Part shown: positions 12,401 to 24,375 of the stretch, in pieces
Position numbering within the stretch: the first letter of the stretch is position 1
Layout of the letters: each line of letters begins with the position of its first letter
Assembly (NCBI GenBank): GCA_949358305.1
Contig: OX442314.1
Coordinates: 18,476,001-18,540,000, forward strand
From: Strigamia acuminata
Lineage: Eukaryota
DNA: 64,000 bases
Direction: 5' to 3'
Program-made: the position numbers and the translations under genes
The notes under the pieces: model-generated
The model's input: the letters and a program-made list of their open reading frames with translations, nothing else
The model's database searches: none
Told to the model about the DNA's origin: nothing

Positions 12401-15400
12401 AAGCTCACCCGCTATTTTGCACAACCATTTGTTATCTATGAGACAATTTGAAGATTTTAAACGACCGTGAGACACAAGCTTAGTACTGTGTAGATATTCC
12501 ATTCCACTCGCAATGTCTCTCAAGATGGAAAACTTAAACGGCCATGTTAAATTGAAAACTTCATTCGCTAGAATTTTATCCAAACTTTCCTGAGTTGCAT
12601 GAAAAATATTACTGATTTTATATAACGAGGGAAGTGAAGGGTTCTTATTAGGCATACTTTAGGCATAATCTCCACAAGAATAGCTACGTTTGGAGCGTCG
12701 GGACAAATGCCATAAAAGCGGATCAAATTATCGTGTCTTATAGATTTGAGTAATATTATTTCGTCCCTAATTTCTGGTGAATTTATATTCAACGAATCTC
12801 TATCAAGTTTCTTTGCATATAAATCTTTTCCTTTCCAGACTATTGCGTTTTCAATATATGAAATTATGCTCGGAATGGTTCCACCACGACTTGAGTGCGG
12901 TGTGTCGATTTTTGGGGTTCGAACAACGTATGGCAGTGCAGTTAATGAAGGGCGATTGGAGAGTCCTAATTGGGTTGTTGGCGTAGGCACATCGGTTGGT
13001 GGCATCTTTTCTATAACATCTTTCCAGTTTACAAGCCAGTCAGAATTCCGCAGTTGTTCTCGTCTGATTCGCCTGCAGTCGATACAATTGCACATTAGTC
13101 GAAGGGTCAGCACGTGTCGAACGATAGAATCTAGGACAATTGAAAAGTTAACAGTGGTTTGGCGCCGCAAATATCGTGCGAAAATCAATGCGGAACAGGA
13201 AATGAGGGTGGCTGTATCCAATTAAATTCCAAAATTTGAAAAAATGTGTAGTGATAGCGAGCAATAAGCTCATCTGTCTCACCAATTAAGACAAGCATTA
13301 AATTATTTGTGATTATTGTAATAATTGCGTTAAATATTTTTGAAACGAACCACCGAGTTAACAAGTTAATCGTCCTAGGTAGAATAATCGCCCGATTTTT
13401 AAAAAATCTTATTGTTTTTATAGAATCACTTACATTCTCATATTGCATTTGTAAAAGTTAAAAATAATGGTGATCGCACCCACAATGCAAATCACAATAG
13501 CAATTATAAGAACTCCAGTCATGACCTGACAACTTTCGCCATGGTAGCCGACATAACATTTGCAGTAGTTAGGATGCACACATTCTCCATTTAAGCAGCT
13601 TACACTAAATTATAATTATAAATTAAATTAAGTTATTCTACAATAAATTATACACTTAATTATGGATACTTACGAACATATTGCAATAGCGCAAAACGGT
13701 CCAGACCAACCTTGGTGACAAATACAATTGAATGGTGATTTACACACTCCGTTTTGACAACTTTCACAGATAGCTGTATCGCAATTATCACCGCTGAATG
13801 CAGGTTCCATCGAGTTCTCTACTGTTTCATTGGAGAATACTTCGCCCACCCTATAACACCTGCACTCATTAGGACGCACACAAACACCATTCTTGTATAT
13901 ATGAGCACTTGTAGAGTCTATTCTTCCACCTCCACATCCATTATCGCAGAAAAAAGCTGGTAAAATCATATCAGTTCGGAGACTAAGCTGGCTCAGATTT
14001 TCAGTATATTTTTCGGCTGTCAGAGTTAAGGTTATGAATTTCATATGTCCGCGTGTGGACAAATAGCTGAGTAATTAAAAATAGGCTTAGTAATGTTTTT
14101 AAAATGTGTGAATCGGACTTACAATCTGGGGATAAGTCGAGTTTCGTTAGGTATTCGTAATGGAACATATGGCATGGAGAACGTTTTCATTTCGGCGCTA
14201 GAACTTCCAAGTGGTATTTCGATGATTCGCTCTAAAGTTCCTGAATTGTCCAATTGGACATCTCTCTTTTTCTTTTTGGCGTTTTTAACTATGTTTCCAA
14301 CAAGGTAATCATTTACACTAAACAATCGTGCTATTTTATCAATCTAAAAGTAAGATATTGGTGTCAAATTATTCCAGTTAAAGCTGTACTATGTACACAC
14401 ATACAAACAATGGAGGTTTCTTAACATTTCTTAGGTTTATTACATTTACTACGCCAACAAGTGTACCCCCCCTCCATTTTCCGTTTGGGAATTCTATTTT
14501 ACCAGTTAAGCCTTCAAAACTGATCTAAAAGTAAGGTAATGATTTATTTATCGTAAATCCCGTACTTCAATAGAACAACTTACTTCTTGTATCGTTTTCA
14601 CAGTTGATTCAAGGGTAATAGTTTCATTTTTTCGAATCAGCTCGTCTAAAGCGATGGCATAACACAGAACTACGTCATACCCCAAACCAATTTCTCCAGA
14701 AAGCTAAAATAATAATTTAAATAATAAAAATTTTAGGAGTATTTTGAATTTTGTTTCGTATTTCTTGGCAATATCTAGCATATTCTGAATAAACCCTATA
14801 CTATTATTATAGATTTTCGAACTTTGAAAGAGCGTTTAGCAATCGGTATTCCATTGTACTCGGCAGAATTCATTTCGTAGAAACGACGATTGATGTGGTA
14901 CCACAGATCGGAAGAGTAACCTGATACGTTGTGCACTCCTTGAAATATCAACATTCCTTCAAATGCTTCAGAACAAGTAGGTGTCTTTAAAGAAAGAGAG
15001 AGAAATAAATTGCCTTTGATGCTTATGTGCTTCAGAAACAAACGTGCAAAACATCAAAGCCGTGCTAGAATCATCAAAAACCTGTTGACAATATTCATGG
15101 TTGTCCTTCCAATCGAATTCTTCTTCCCCCAACCATTGGTAGCCGTGCATAGGAGCAAATTTATTACTGAAATTTGATCAGATATGCTCGGTCAATTACA
15201 TCACTGATTTATCTACTCATTTTTATCTACTTAATTGCTTGTCTGAACAGCCAATACTGCTTAGGGGGGTACACATGACTGTAAACTATTTTTGCTCCAG
15301 TTTTCTTTGCGTTTTCTATTTCTGTTGATAAGTCAACAAGATCGTCTACATGAATCTGGATATGGTAATCAATATTAATTAATTAATTATGGAAAAGAAA

Positions 15401-18323
15401 GTACCGAGTGTGCTACCGTGTAAGCATTGACAAAGCCATAAACAAGCAGTGAAGCTGCGAATCCGTAATCGACAGGTAAATCTGCATCTTCAATATTAAT
15501 CTACAAAAAAAAATATTATTTCAATTATTTGCTGATTTTTATGTATTAAAAAAAAATACTATGTAAGTCCACTGACGGTCAACCAAGAAATGACCTAAGA
15601 AAATAGAATATTGCAGCTCATTCCAAGTTAGAGCAAACAGTCCTGCTCCTGGATAGAACTCCTACGTTTGGGGAAAGAAAATAAAAGTTGCTGATCCTGT
15701 TTTGGCATGTATAAAACTCAAAGACTGACTGAACGAATAAAGGATTGCCATATTTCTTTATACGTTAAAATGGGCATATTAATGTCGGAAAGTTGAGGTA
15801 ACATTGCATCAGTTATCACATTATCACCGAATCCGATTATAGCTCTTGTTGTTTCGTGCGATTCACTCTGACAATACCCATGGTAATTAATATTTCTATA
15901 TAACCAGAAAAGGAATTTTAAAAACTTACTGCATTGATTGTTTCCAACATTTCATTGAATAACCTTGCAACATGTGCAATATCGAGTTCAGTGTCGTACA
16001 CCTTTAGTTTAATCGTGTGATCTTCAATGTATAAAGCTATTAATTTTAAAAAAATTACCGGTAAGTGAAACTATTTACTTACTTGAATTTTTAAGAAATT
16101 CAAACTTATTTTTGAATATTGGATCATTATTTGTCACATCGTTTATTGCAAACTGTGCAAATGTCGCTGATACCGCTTCAGAATCAATTTCGTGTCCCGC
16201 TGTATTAAAACGTCCGAACAAGCCGATATTTATGTCCCCTAAAAATATTAATTTATTGAGTAATAGTGAAGAAAGTAATGTTTTACGTGAGAAATTTACC
16301 TACACTCGTGTACGGTCTCGAAAGTTGTGACTCTAGAGTATTAATTCGCCTGAAACCCAAATCAGCTGTAAACTGGAATCGCACATTCGCTCCAGTCTCG
16401 AGAATGGCACCCGTGAATTTTCCGATTCCTCTGAATGTTTTCAATCTTCTATCAGAAATATTTATTGGCGGTACTGTTGTAACTGAAATTGGCTGAAGAG
16501 ACAACAAAGTTTGTGTTCATGATAAATGGTTTAATTTGTATAGACTAAAAATACTAACTAATGCCGAATCCAAACCAGAGAAAATTCGTCTATTGTTTTC
16601 GTCTAGTATCATTATCCATAAATTTGGTATGGCAAAGTGGGTGGAAACGGAAATTAAGGTGTCATTACTTCCACCTGTCATCTCGTTTTTACCTTCAATA
16701 TTATTAATCACTATTAATCTGGAAGCTAATTGTCCTGGTTTAATAAAAATCACATTGATCACTTGATTTAATTAAAATAATAATAATATGCTGATATATT
16801 TACGTGTTACAGTTATAGGTGCACTCAACTTGACAGATTGCAATGCATTGTTTGAGCAGTTCCTATTCAAGCTGTAAAGTTCCGCAATAAATGTTTGTAT
16901 TGGATAGCTTGAAAGACACACAGTATCTGAAGGGTCGCAGAATTGTACGAAGTTATATTGACCGGTACTATGATAATTTACGCAGGAGGAGACAAACTCT
17001 AGATAATCCATCGGTACTCGCGTCCCTGATCGAGGCATTAACAATGTTGCATTGAATAATACACTTCCATGTTTTTTGTTGGTAAAATAAATTTCTTGAA
17101 TGATTACATTATCAAATTGAACTAAGCCATTTACGGCTCGTTTGTGAAGAACTCGATCATAATTTCTGTAAGACGTGATCACTTCATCCCCTGCCAGTAC
17201 AACCTGCAATAATAAAAGAAGAAAATCGAAGAGATTTTTTGTATTTTGTTTAATAATTACTCATACTGAGGTATTGTAGACAAAATCTTGAACCAGAGCT
17301 TCTCGGGTGAACATCTTATCGTGATAAGACACTGTCACTTGCACAATGAGTGTAGAATCTAGACCATTGGTAATTCTTTGGGTTTGGTTGTTTGCATCAA
17401 CAATTTCCAATGATATAGAAAATGGGTTGTTAGCGGCGATTGAAAGCTCAGAACTTGGCTCAATCCATCTTAATTGGGCTGATCCTAAAGAGATGCCAAT
17501 GCTTCATGTTGCTGGCTGAATAATATCCTCAAGATTAATTCACATTTTAAACACTTACGCAAGTGAATTTTAAAGGGGTGTGTGAACGTGCTTATTTTTT
17601 CGAGTGGAGTGAGTTTGATGGTAAATTTGAGTCTTCGTAATAAGTATCCACTCTCTTCGGTTACTACATCGTGAGAAATTCCTTGTGCAATCAACTGATT
17701 GCCTTGTATTTGTATAGAAAGAGGCGTCGATTCAGAAGAACCATCTTTATTCTCGGTGCAGGTTGTTCTTAAAAATGAAATATTATACGATTCCATATTA
17801 ACTGAAATTTAGGATTTAATGAGCGTTACTACTTGAAATAAGGCCCGAGTTGGCTAAATCTTCTGGGATTGCTTAAATCAAAGTCGTTTGCTGCATATTG
17901 GCACAAACTTAATTTAACATTATCTCCGCTTATTAGCTGATCGATATCCTTTTCCGTTACAACTTTTACTGGCAATGTGGTAACATAAAAAAATCTAGGA
18001 TGTGTTGACGTTGAATACATCTCGTCTGTTGGGGTAATGGGTTGGTCGTTACTTTTGCACAAATAAGCCACAATTGGTCTGCTCATTCTTTGTTTATTAG
18101 CAACTGAATAAATTATTTGCGAGTCGTCAGTCGGCTCAGTTTCCGGTGGAAAATAGTTATTAAATACTCCTTTACTTGGGAAGCAAATATTATAAGCTAA
18201 AAGAAAAATTGGGATTATTTCTAATTTACTTCCCATTCCCATCCCAATGTACTCACCTTGAACCTGGATTTTCTCAATAAGTAATTTGTACACGTACATC
18301 AGCAATAAGAACTGATAATTCAT
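9411..18323 (-). CDS. Atypical receptor-type guanylyl cyclase (probable pseudo-cyclase) with N-terminal extension, ANF-receptor domain and EGF-like repeats; many short exons
   Basis: Signal-peptide-like start [15 protein letters not shown]-receptor-like domain from ~16238 (INIGLFGRF...FAINDVTNN). EGF-like repeats ([46 protein letters not shown]). TM helix [18 protein letters not shown]. Kinase-homology domain ([32 protein letters not shown]). Hinge (MEKYSYHL...[18 protein letters not shown]). Cyclase domain ([20 protein letters not shown]). Confidence 0.93.
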
Positions 18324-18437
18324 TTTATTTAGTTAAAACTTTATTGCGTTATTTAGGGTAAATAGGTTTTGACATTTTATTGAATTGTTCAAAAGAAAAT
18401 TGTATTGTTTAGCTAAAATGGGGGATTGTGGTGAAAA

Positions 18438-20104
18438 TCACAATACTAATAGTTTACTTCGGACGATTTTTGCTGCTTGTGTCATAGTTTTAATTGTCTT
18501 TTGTTTGGTTTCTTGCGTATTCTTCTTGTGCTCATTACGATGGGCCTTATACCATTGCTCAACTGGGCAAATGTAATCATTTTCTAAGTCAACTGAGTAT
18601 GTTAAATTTGTTTCGAAATTGACATACTTTGACAGTTAGTGCAAAAATAATATTTATATATTGGCCTCTTCGCATTTCGACATCTGAACAAAATGTTAGA
18701 GCAATAAATTTTTTTGTTTTGTTTTATATATGAGAGATGGAGATTTTTACCTATTACACACTATATATTTCGTTAAAATAGTTCCATTAGTCCCACAATT
18801 GTCACAATTTTTTAATCGCCGCCTATCAACTTTGAATGGTGAAACGTCCGAATATGTGTCTGTAACACTTTTACGCGGCGAGACTGCTATCTTTAGACCA
18901 TTTTTTGTTTTTATTGTTTTTATTGTTTTTTTTTTTTAAATTAGAAGGAGATTTTTATTATTAAATTAAATCCATAATTTACCAGTTTTCCAACTTGGCT
19001 TCTCACTGTCTTCAATTTCTCATCAAATTCGCAAATCATTTTTAGCCTTTCACGCTTTCGTTTTTCAATGACTCTAGTAATTTCTCCAAGGTGTTTAATA
19101 TTCTTTGTCATTTCGCTATCTTCACTCAGTTGAAATATTTTCCCTTCTTTTTTCTCCAACATATTACGTATCCAGCTTACTTGATTACCACCGACACCTA
19201 AAAATGTTACTAGATCTTCTCGCCACCACTTAACCAGGAACCTTTCAAGAGGCCGTGCTTTAAAATTTACATCTAAATAATCGTGAGGAATGGTCCAATA
19301 ACTCAAACTTTGATCTTCCATTTTGTCTGCACTTAACCACTTATAGAACACTTCGCAGAGAGCTGCACCAAAAGATATTTCTGTAAGATTGACGGTTAAT
19401 AACCTAACCTAAACCGTGAAAAACACAAAACAACTATAACATCTGATACTTTCATATGAAATACGACGACTACTTTGTCTGTATTTGTTACGGCTGGTGC
19501 AGAAGGTTCGTCGATACTAGTCGGTAACATTTTCTCTGCAAAATCACGATTGTTAAACGTGAACACAAATGTCAGAACTTTAAGTACTTACTTGGAAGCT
19601 TGCTCATTAATCTAATGACATCTAAACAATATTGACATTTTTCGTTAGTAGTGCCTAAAATTTCGAGTTAAATTCAAATAAATGGGTTTTGGAGGATTAC
19701 TGGTAGTTATACCGTCTAGTAAATGAATGTGAATATATTTATGAGCAGTTGTCATCATTCCTGGCAATTGTTCTTGTATCTAAAAATAATAATCAGTGAA
19801 TAAGTTGTTATAATAGATATTAAAAAAAGGAAATACTCTACCCATTTTAGAAGATAACAGTCGGGATTTAAACAAAATAATAACCAAAAACGAAACCAGA
19901 AAACCAAACCCTAAAATAAAAAACAAATTTTTATTTATTTATATTATATTATTAATTTTTTAAAGAAAATTTCATTACCTGTTCGGTTATCATTTGTTTA
20001 AAGAGAGCGGATCGATTGAGAACGAAGTTAGGCCCGCAACCAAATTTCATAACGTTGTAATAAGTATTAGAGTTTTCTTGTAGATTCAAGGGAACCAATT
20101 TCAT
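18438..20104 (-). CDS. Uncharacterised protein with C-terminal MYND-like zinc finger, paralogue A
   Basis: Hand-spliced GT-AG exons: MKLVPL...FGCGPNFVLNR / GLVFWFRFWLLFCLNPDC / ...KCQYC... / ISFGAALCEVFYKWL... / CDNC..CNR / CRNAKRPIYKYYFCTNCQ / EQWYKAHRNEH...LLVL*. Intron positions match paralogue B. Confidence 0.85.
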
Positions 20105-20353
20105 TTTGATTTTGATTGCAGTTTTTGTAAGTAATAGAAGATAATAAGTCTCTCTCAAATTTCGAAAGTCGAGTTGTGGATTTCAAACAATCAGATTTTT
20201 GTTTGGTTTGTTGACGTACTCGTATTTAGCCATCAATGAACAATTGAAAAACAAACAACAATCTTCAGCATTTGAATTAAACAATTGTTTTTATTGAAAA
20301 CACATACGAATCACAACAAAAAATAGTAAATCAAGGTTTTCTGTTTTTTTTTT

Positions 20354-21959
20354 TCAGTTTAAAGGAAAGAACTTCTTTTCTTCTAGTCTTTTTGTTTTGT
20401 ACCGAAATTCCAACAACTCTTCCATTAATTCACGGTGTTCTTTTTCATGACACTTAAACCAATGTTCAACTACACAAAACAGAATTTTAAATTTAATAAA
20501 ATTAAATAATTAAAATTAAAATTAAGTACCTTCGCAATTAATTTCACAATAATATCTTGGTTGCTGCCATTTTTCATGCCTACATCTGTGAAAACAATAA
20601 TTCGTTAGAAATTTATAATCATTTTCAGATTGTTAACTCACCTTCTGCACATCAAAAACGATTTTGATTTACTTCTAGTAGATTGACAATTAGCGCATAC
20701 ACGGCGTTTATTATTCATTCTTTCTATGTCGTGCATTAAAGTATTTTGTTCATCAGACGCTAAGTGCCTGCTAATCTTCTAATAAATACAAATTTAAAAA
20801 AAAATTGCTTAGTTTCAATGTACAAGTAATTATTTTATTTTTATTTTCACCTCAAATGTTTCGCAGCACTTATTTGTATGCATTTCATCCAGTAAATGGA
20901 TCGACGTTAGCCATCTTTTCGTAGCCATTACTATAGCTTGAACAATTTGGTAGGTGTTCTCATTGTATCGGGTAGTGTTTGTTAATTCTGATTTTAAACT
21001 CTTTAGATGATCGTGTGACAAATCACTCGGCCAACGAATTCTTTCTGCTGGTTCACCAAGCAGGATAACCAGTCTCTCTTCCCACTTTTTGATAAGATAT
21101 CTCTCTAATAGCCTTGGCTCGAATTTCGAATGTAAATATTCTTTGGGGATCTTCCAAACGCACTCCCACTTCTCGTCCGTCGCTGTTGCTGTCAACCATT
21201 TATAAAATACTTCACACAAGGCAGCACCGAATGCTATTTTGACGCAACGAGAAGTCATCTCGACCAAGGAAGGATGCTGTAAAGGAATGAAAATTAATTA
21301 ATTGTAATTGAAAGGTTTTAGAATGCTTTACTAGTGGTTTATAAATATTACTATCCTCTTCTGCTGACAACGGTAACACATCATCTAAAATTTATATTTT
21401 TTTTGTAATTTCATCTCTTGAGCTTTATGTAGTATTTAAATTCATTTTACCTGGGTGATTAGTCATTGTCTTTATTATATTTAAGCAGTTTGTACAAGAT
21501 TCATCTGCGGGCACTAAATTAGAAAGTATTTAGTAATTTACTTGCTACAGTGTATATACCATTTGTGTTTACCCTCTAGAAATGACTTGTGGATGGCAAT
21601 GAACAAACGATGCACCAATTTTGGCGATTGTTCCTCTAGCTGATGGGCAAGAAAGTTTATTTCATTTTAAATGGAATTTTGCTTTGAATTACCGATTTCA
21701 TGTACTGGCAACCGGGTTGGAAGCAAAACGTCAGCCAAAACCGGAACCAAAATGTGGAACCCTCAAAAAGTAATATGTCATTTGATTACAAAAATAAGTT
21801 TATAATTAAAATTATCGTCGGTATTTTAGATACCTGCTCGGCAATCATGTCTCTAAACAGTATTTCTCGGTTTAATACGAAGTTAGGCCCACAGCCAAAC
21901 TTCAAGATTGCTTCGTAAGAAGTTCTGTGGTCTTTTTGAACCAGCGAGATGAATTTCAT
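20354..21959 (-). CDS. Uncharacterised protein with C-terminal MYND-like zinc finger, paralogue B
   Basis: Spliced exons: MKFISL...FGCGPNFVLNR / GSTFWFRFWLTFCFQPGC / ...SCTNC... / IAFGAALCEVFYKWL... / VCANC..MCRR / CRHEKWQQPRYYCEINCE / VEHWFKCHEKEH...FPLN*. AATAAA lies downstream at ~20290. Confidence 0.88.
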
Positions 21960-22148
21960 GATTACAGTAGTTGGAATTAAAAGTGTTTGTTTAAATTTTC
22001 TCTGTAAATTTCGGATTACTAATCAAAAATGGATACCGTATTTATACAAGTGTGTGTACTGAATGTATTTTATAACAATTGAGAGAGGTTCATGACATAC
22101 AGAGATTTTATTGGATAGTTAAATAACAAACAATTTTTGAACATTTAT

Positions 22149-23192
22149 TTATTGTTCATCTGAGAATACTTTATCAGGAGCTGTGGTGTGCTTTAATATC
22201 TTTACAAGTTCTTCCAAATCTTCTCTAAACATTTTAACCAACCATGTGTTCATCGAAAACTAAAAATATATTTTTTTTGTATACATTTTTGTATATGAAA
22301 TTGTTTAATTTTGTATGCGATACCTGTGGTATAGGCAAGTAGTGAGTATTATCTCCTATCGGTGATTTTATTACTAAAAGTAAAATAAAACACATCAAAT
22401 AATAATTTATTTTGTGTGTCTAAAGCTAAACTTTTTATGTTATTGTGATTCAAGATAAGCCTTTTTATTCGGGCATAAGTCGGGGCTTGAAAATTATTTG
22501 AACCGAAACACAATGAAAAAAAAATTGGACGAAAACAAACGACTGGTGGTCATTTAGTGGTTTTGTCCGTATCAGAAGGCTTTTACTGAATTTTTGTACC
22601 AGAGAGTCTTCTTTTTCTTTTCAATAAGCAATGAAAAAAGTGTTTTAAATAATGACGTATTGCATCTCGAGGTTCATCTAATTAAATAAGAATCATCATA
22701 AGACAAGGTTTAAATTAAAAATGTGGAATTTTAAATTACCTTGCTCAAAACACGTATGTACAGTTTTGTAAACAGGACAAATATAATTTAGATCTCTTTC
22801 ATTGGAAACCTTAAAAATATAATTTTATTTGTACATAAACTTCGGATGAGATTGATCTTACTTTATGAATGCTTTTTTGAGTGAGATTAAAACAAAATAT
22901 TAGCCAAAAACGTAACCAAAACTGCCACCCCTAAATATTAGCTCGAATTAATGGGCGAGAAGAGATGGAATAAATTGCATTTTACTTTGTGCTTGATAGG
23001 AGTGTAGGCTTTGAATTCACCATCGCTCTCGCTGGTTTTACTGCATTTACCCGATTTACTCGACCCGGTAATGCATTCTATGACCGAATCGTGTGAAACG
23101 ATTTTGTTCGCAGGAGCATCTTTTTTTAGTAGCTTTCCAAAAAGTGAATCTTTGATGAGAAGTTTCTTTTGCTTAACTTTATCGCCGATCAT
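22149..23192 (-). CDS. Divergent, shorter paralogue C of the same family, lacking the MYND finger
   Basis: Different first exon (MIGDKVKQKK...), then GWQFWLRFWLIFCFN, and a last exon WLVKMFREDL (compare FLVKWWREDL in A). Six phase-compatible exons end at TAA, followed by AATAAA. Confidence 0.65.
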
Positions 23193-24117
23193 TTGAATGT
23201 TAGGGTTAAAACTTCACTAAAAATTTAGCATTTACAACAGTAAGTAGTTTGTGAATATTGTGATAACAGCGATGACGAAATTTAATGTGTTTATAATATT
23301 AAAAGAATTGATTGTTATTTGCAATTCTTTATTGTTATGGTAAAAACCCAAAAACATCCCATGGCTGTAAAATTGACATCTTTTGATTCGATTGGAAAAT
23401 GTACCCAAGTTAAAAAGTTTTGCTCACAAGGGAGTTTATTCATGCACAAAAATGAATGTCTGATGCCATTTTTAGAATGGATATGGATTAGGGCAGTTAG
23501 GTGGGCTGCTCTGCCGTGCTACTTTTGCCTGGCAGCAGTAGACGTTGCCTAACATACTGTAAACATAAATGTTGTTTATTGCTAAGGTCGAATGAGAACT
23601 GTGTACGCTAAAATTCTCGTTCGACTTTGGTTTATTACAGCAAGAATGCTCACACTTTTGCAAGGGGTTAGCCCTTACAAAACTTTCGCCAAACTCGGTC
23701 CATTTACTTATCGGATGTGAAAAATTTCAAATACAGACTTAATAATTAAATGCAATTAAAATCAGTAACAAAATTTCCACACTGAAGACATTTTGACTGA
23801 ATTTTAAAAAAACATTCTGCCGTTAACTGATCAAAATAATTCATTAGGTAACTTATATGGATATTGTAGACTGTAGGTAAAATTCTAGTGTTTGGATCAA
23901 AATGAAACGAGTTATTTTTATAATTCACGTTACATAAATGTTGATTTTTCGCGCGTCCATTCTGGGGCACCGTACTTTTCGAACCCGCCTACGAGTACTA
24001 CAACTTGAATTAAATTATTTCAGGCTCCTTCGCCAACAAATGAATAAAAATGTTCACGTAAGTTGAATGTAGGTTCAATTATTAGTTGAAATTGCTTAAT
24101 CTTTTTTTGTAAAAAGA

Positions 24118-24179
24118 CAACTGGAATTCGTTTACTTAATGGCTTTATTGTAAAGCCATTAAGTAACGAGTTCCAATTG
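24118..24179. repeat. Near-perfect palindrome/hairpin with ~30-bp arms
   Basis: caactggaattcgtttacttaatggcttta-ttg-taaagccattaagtaacgagttccaattg. Confidence 0.85.
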
Positions 24180-24375
24180 ATTCTAGCCTATTATTAGCAT
24201 TCTAAACTTGGCAGCACACACTAAGCAAAGTTCTAGAAAATTGGGCAGTTTTGTTGACTACACAGAGGCTTTATTTCCCTGACCTATTTCAGGTATGATG
24301 TTCCGTAAACACATAAGTCATGCTTGACAAACAAGCAGTGTAATTCTCTTATTTATCAGGACAGTGCTTCGTAAT

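Noticed and set aside
23270..23990. Short Cys-containing ORFs on both strands as a possible further gene
   Set aside because: I could not splice a consistent open frame, and there is no similarity to the neighbouring families. It may be promoter or UTR sequence, but this is unresolved.
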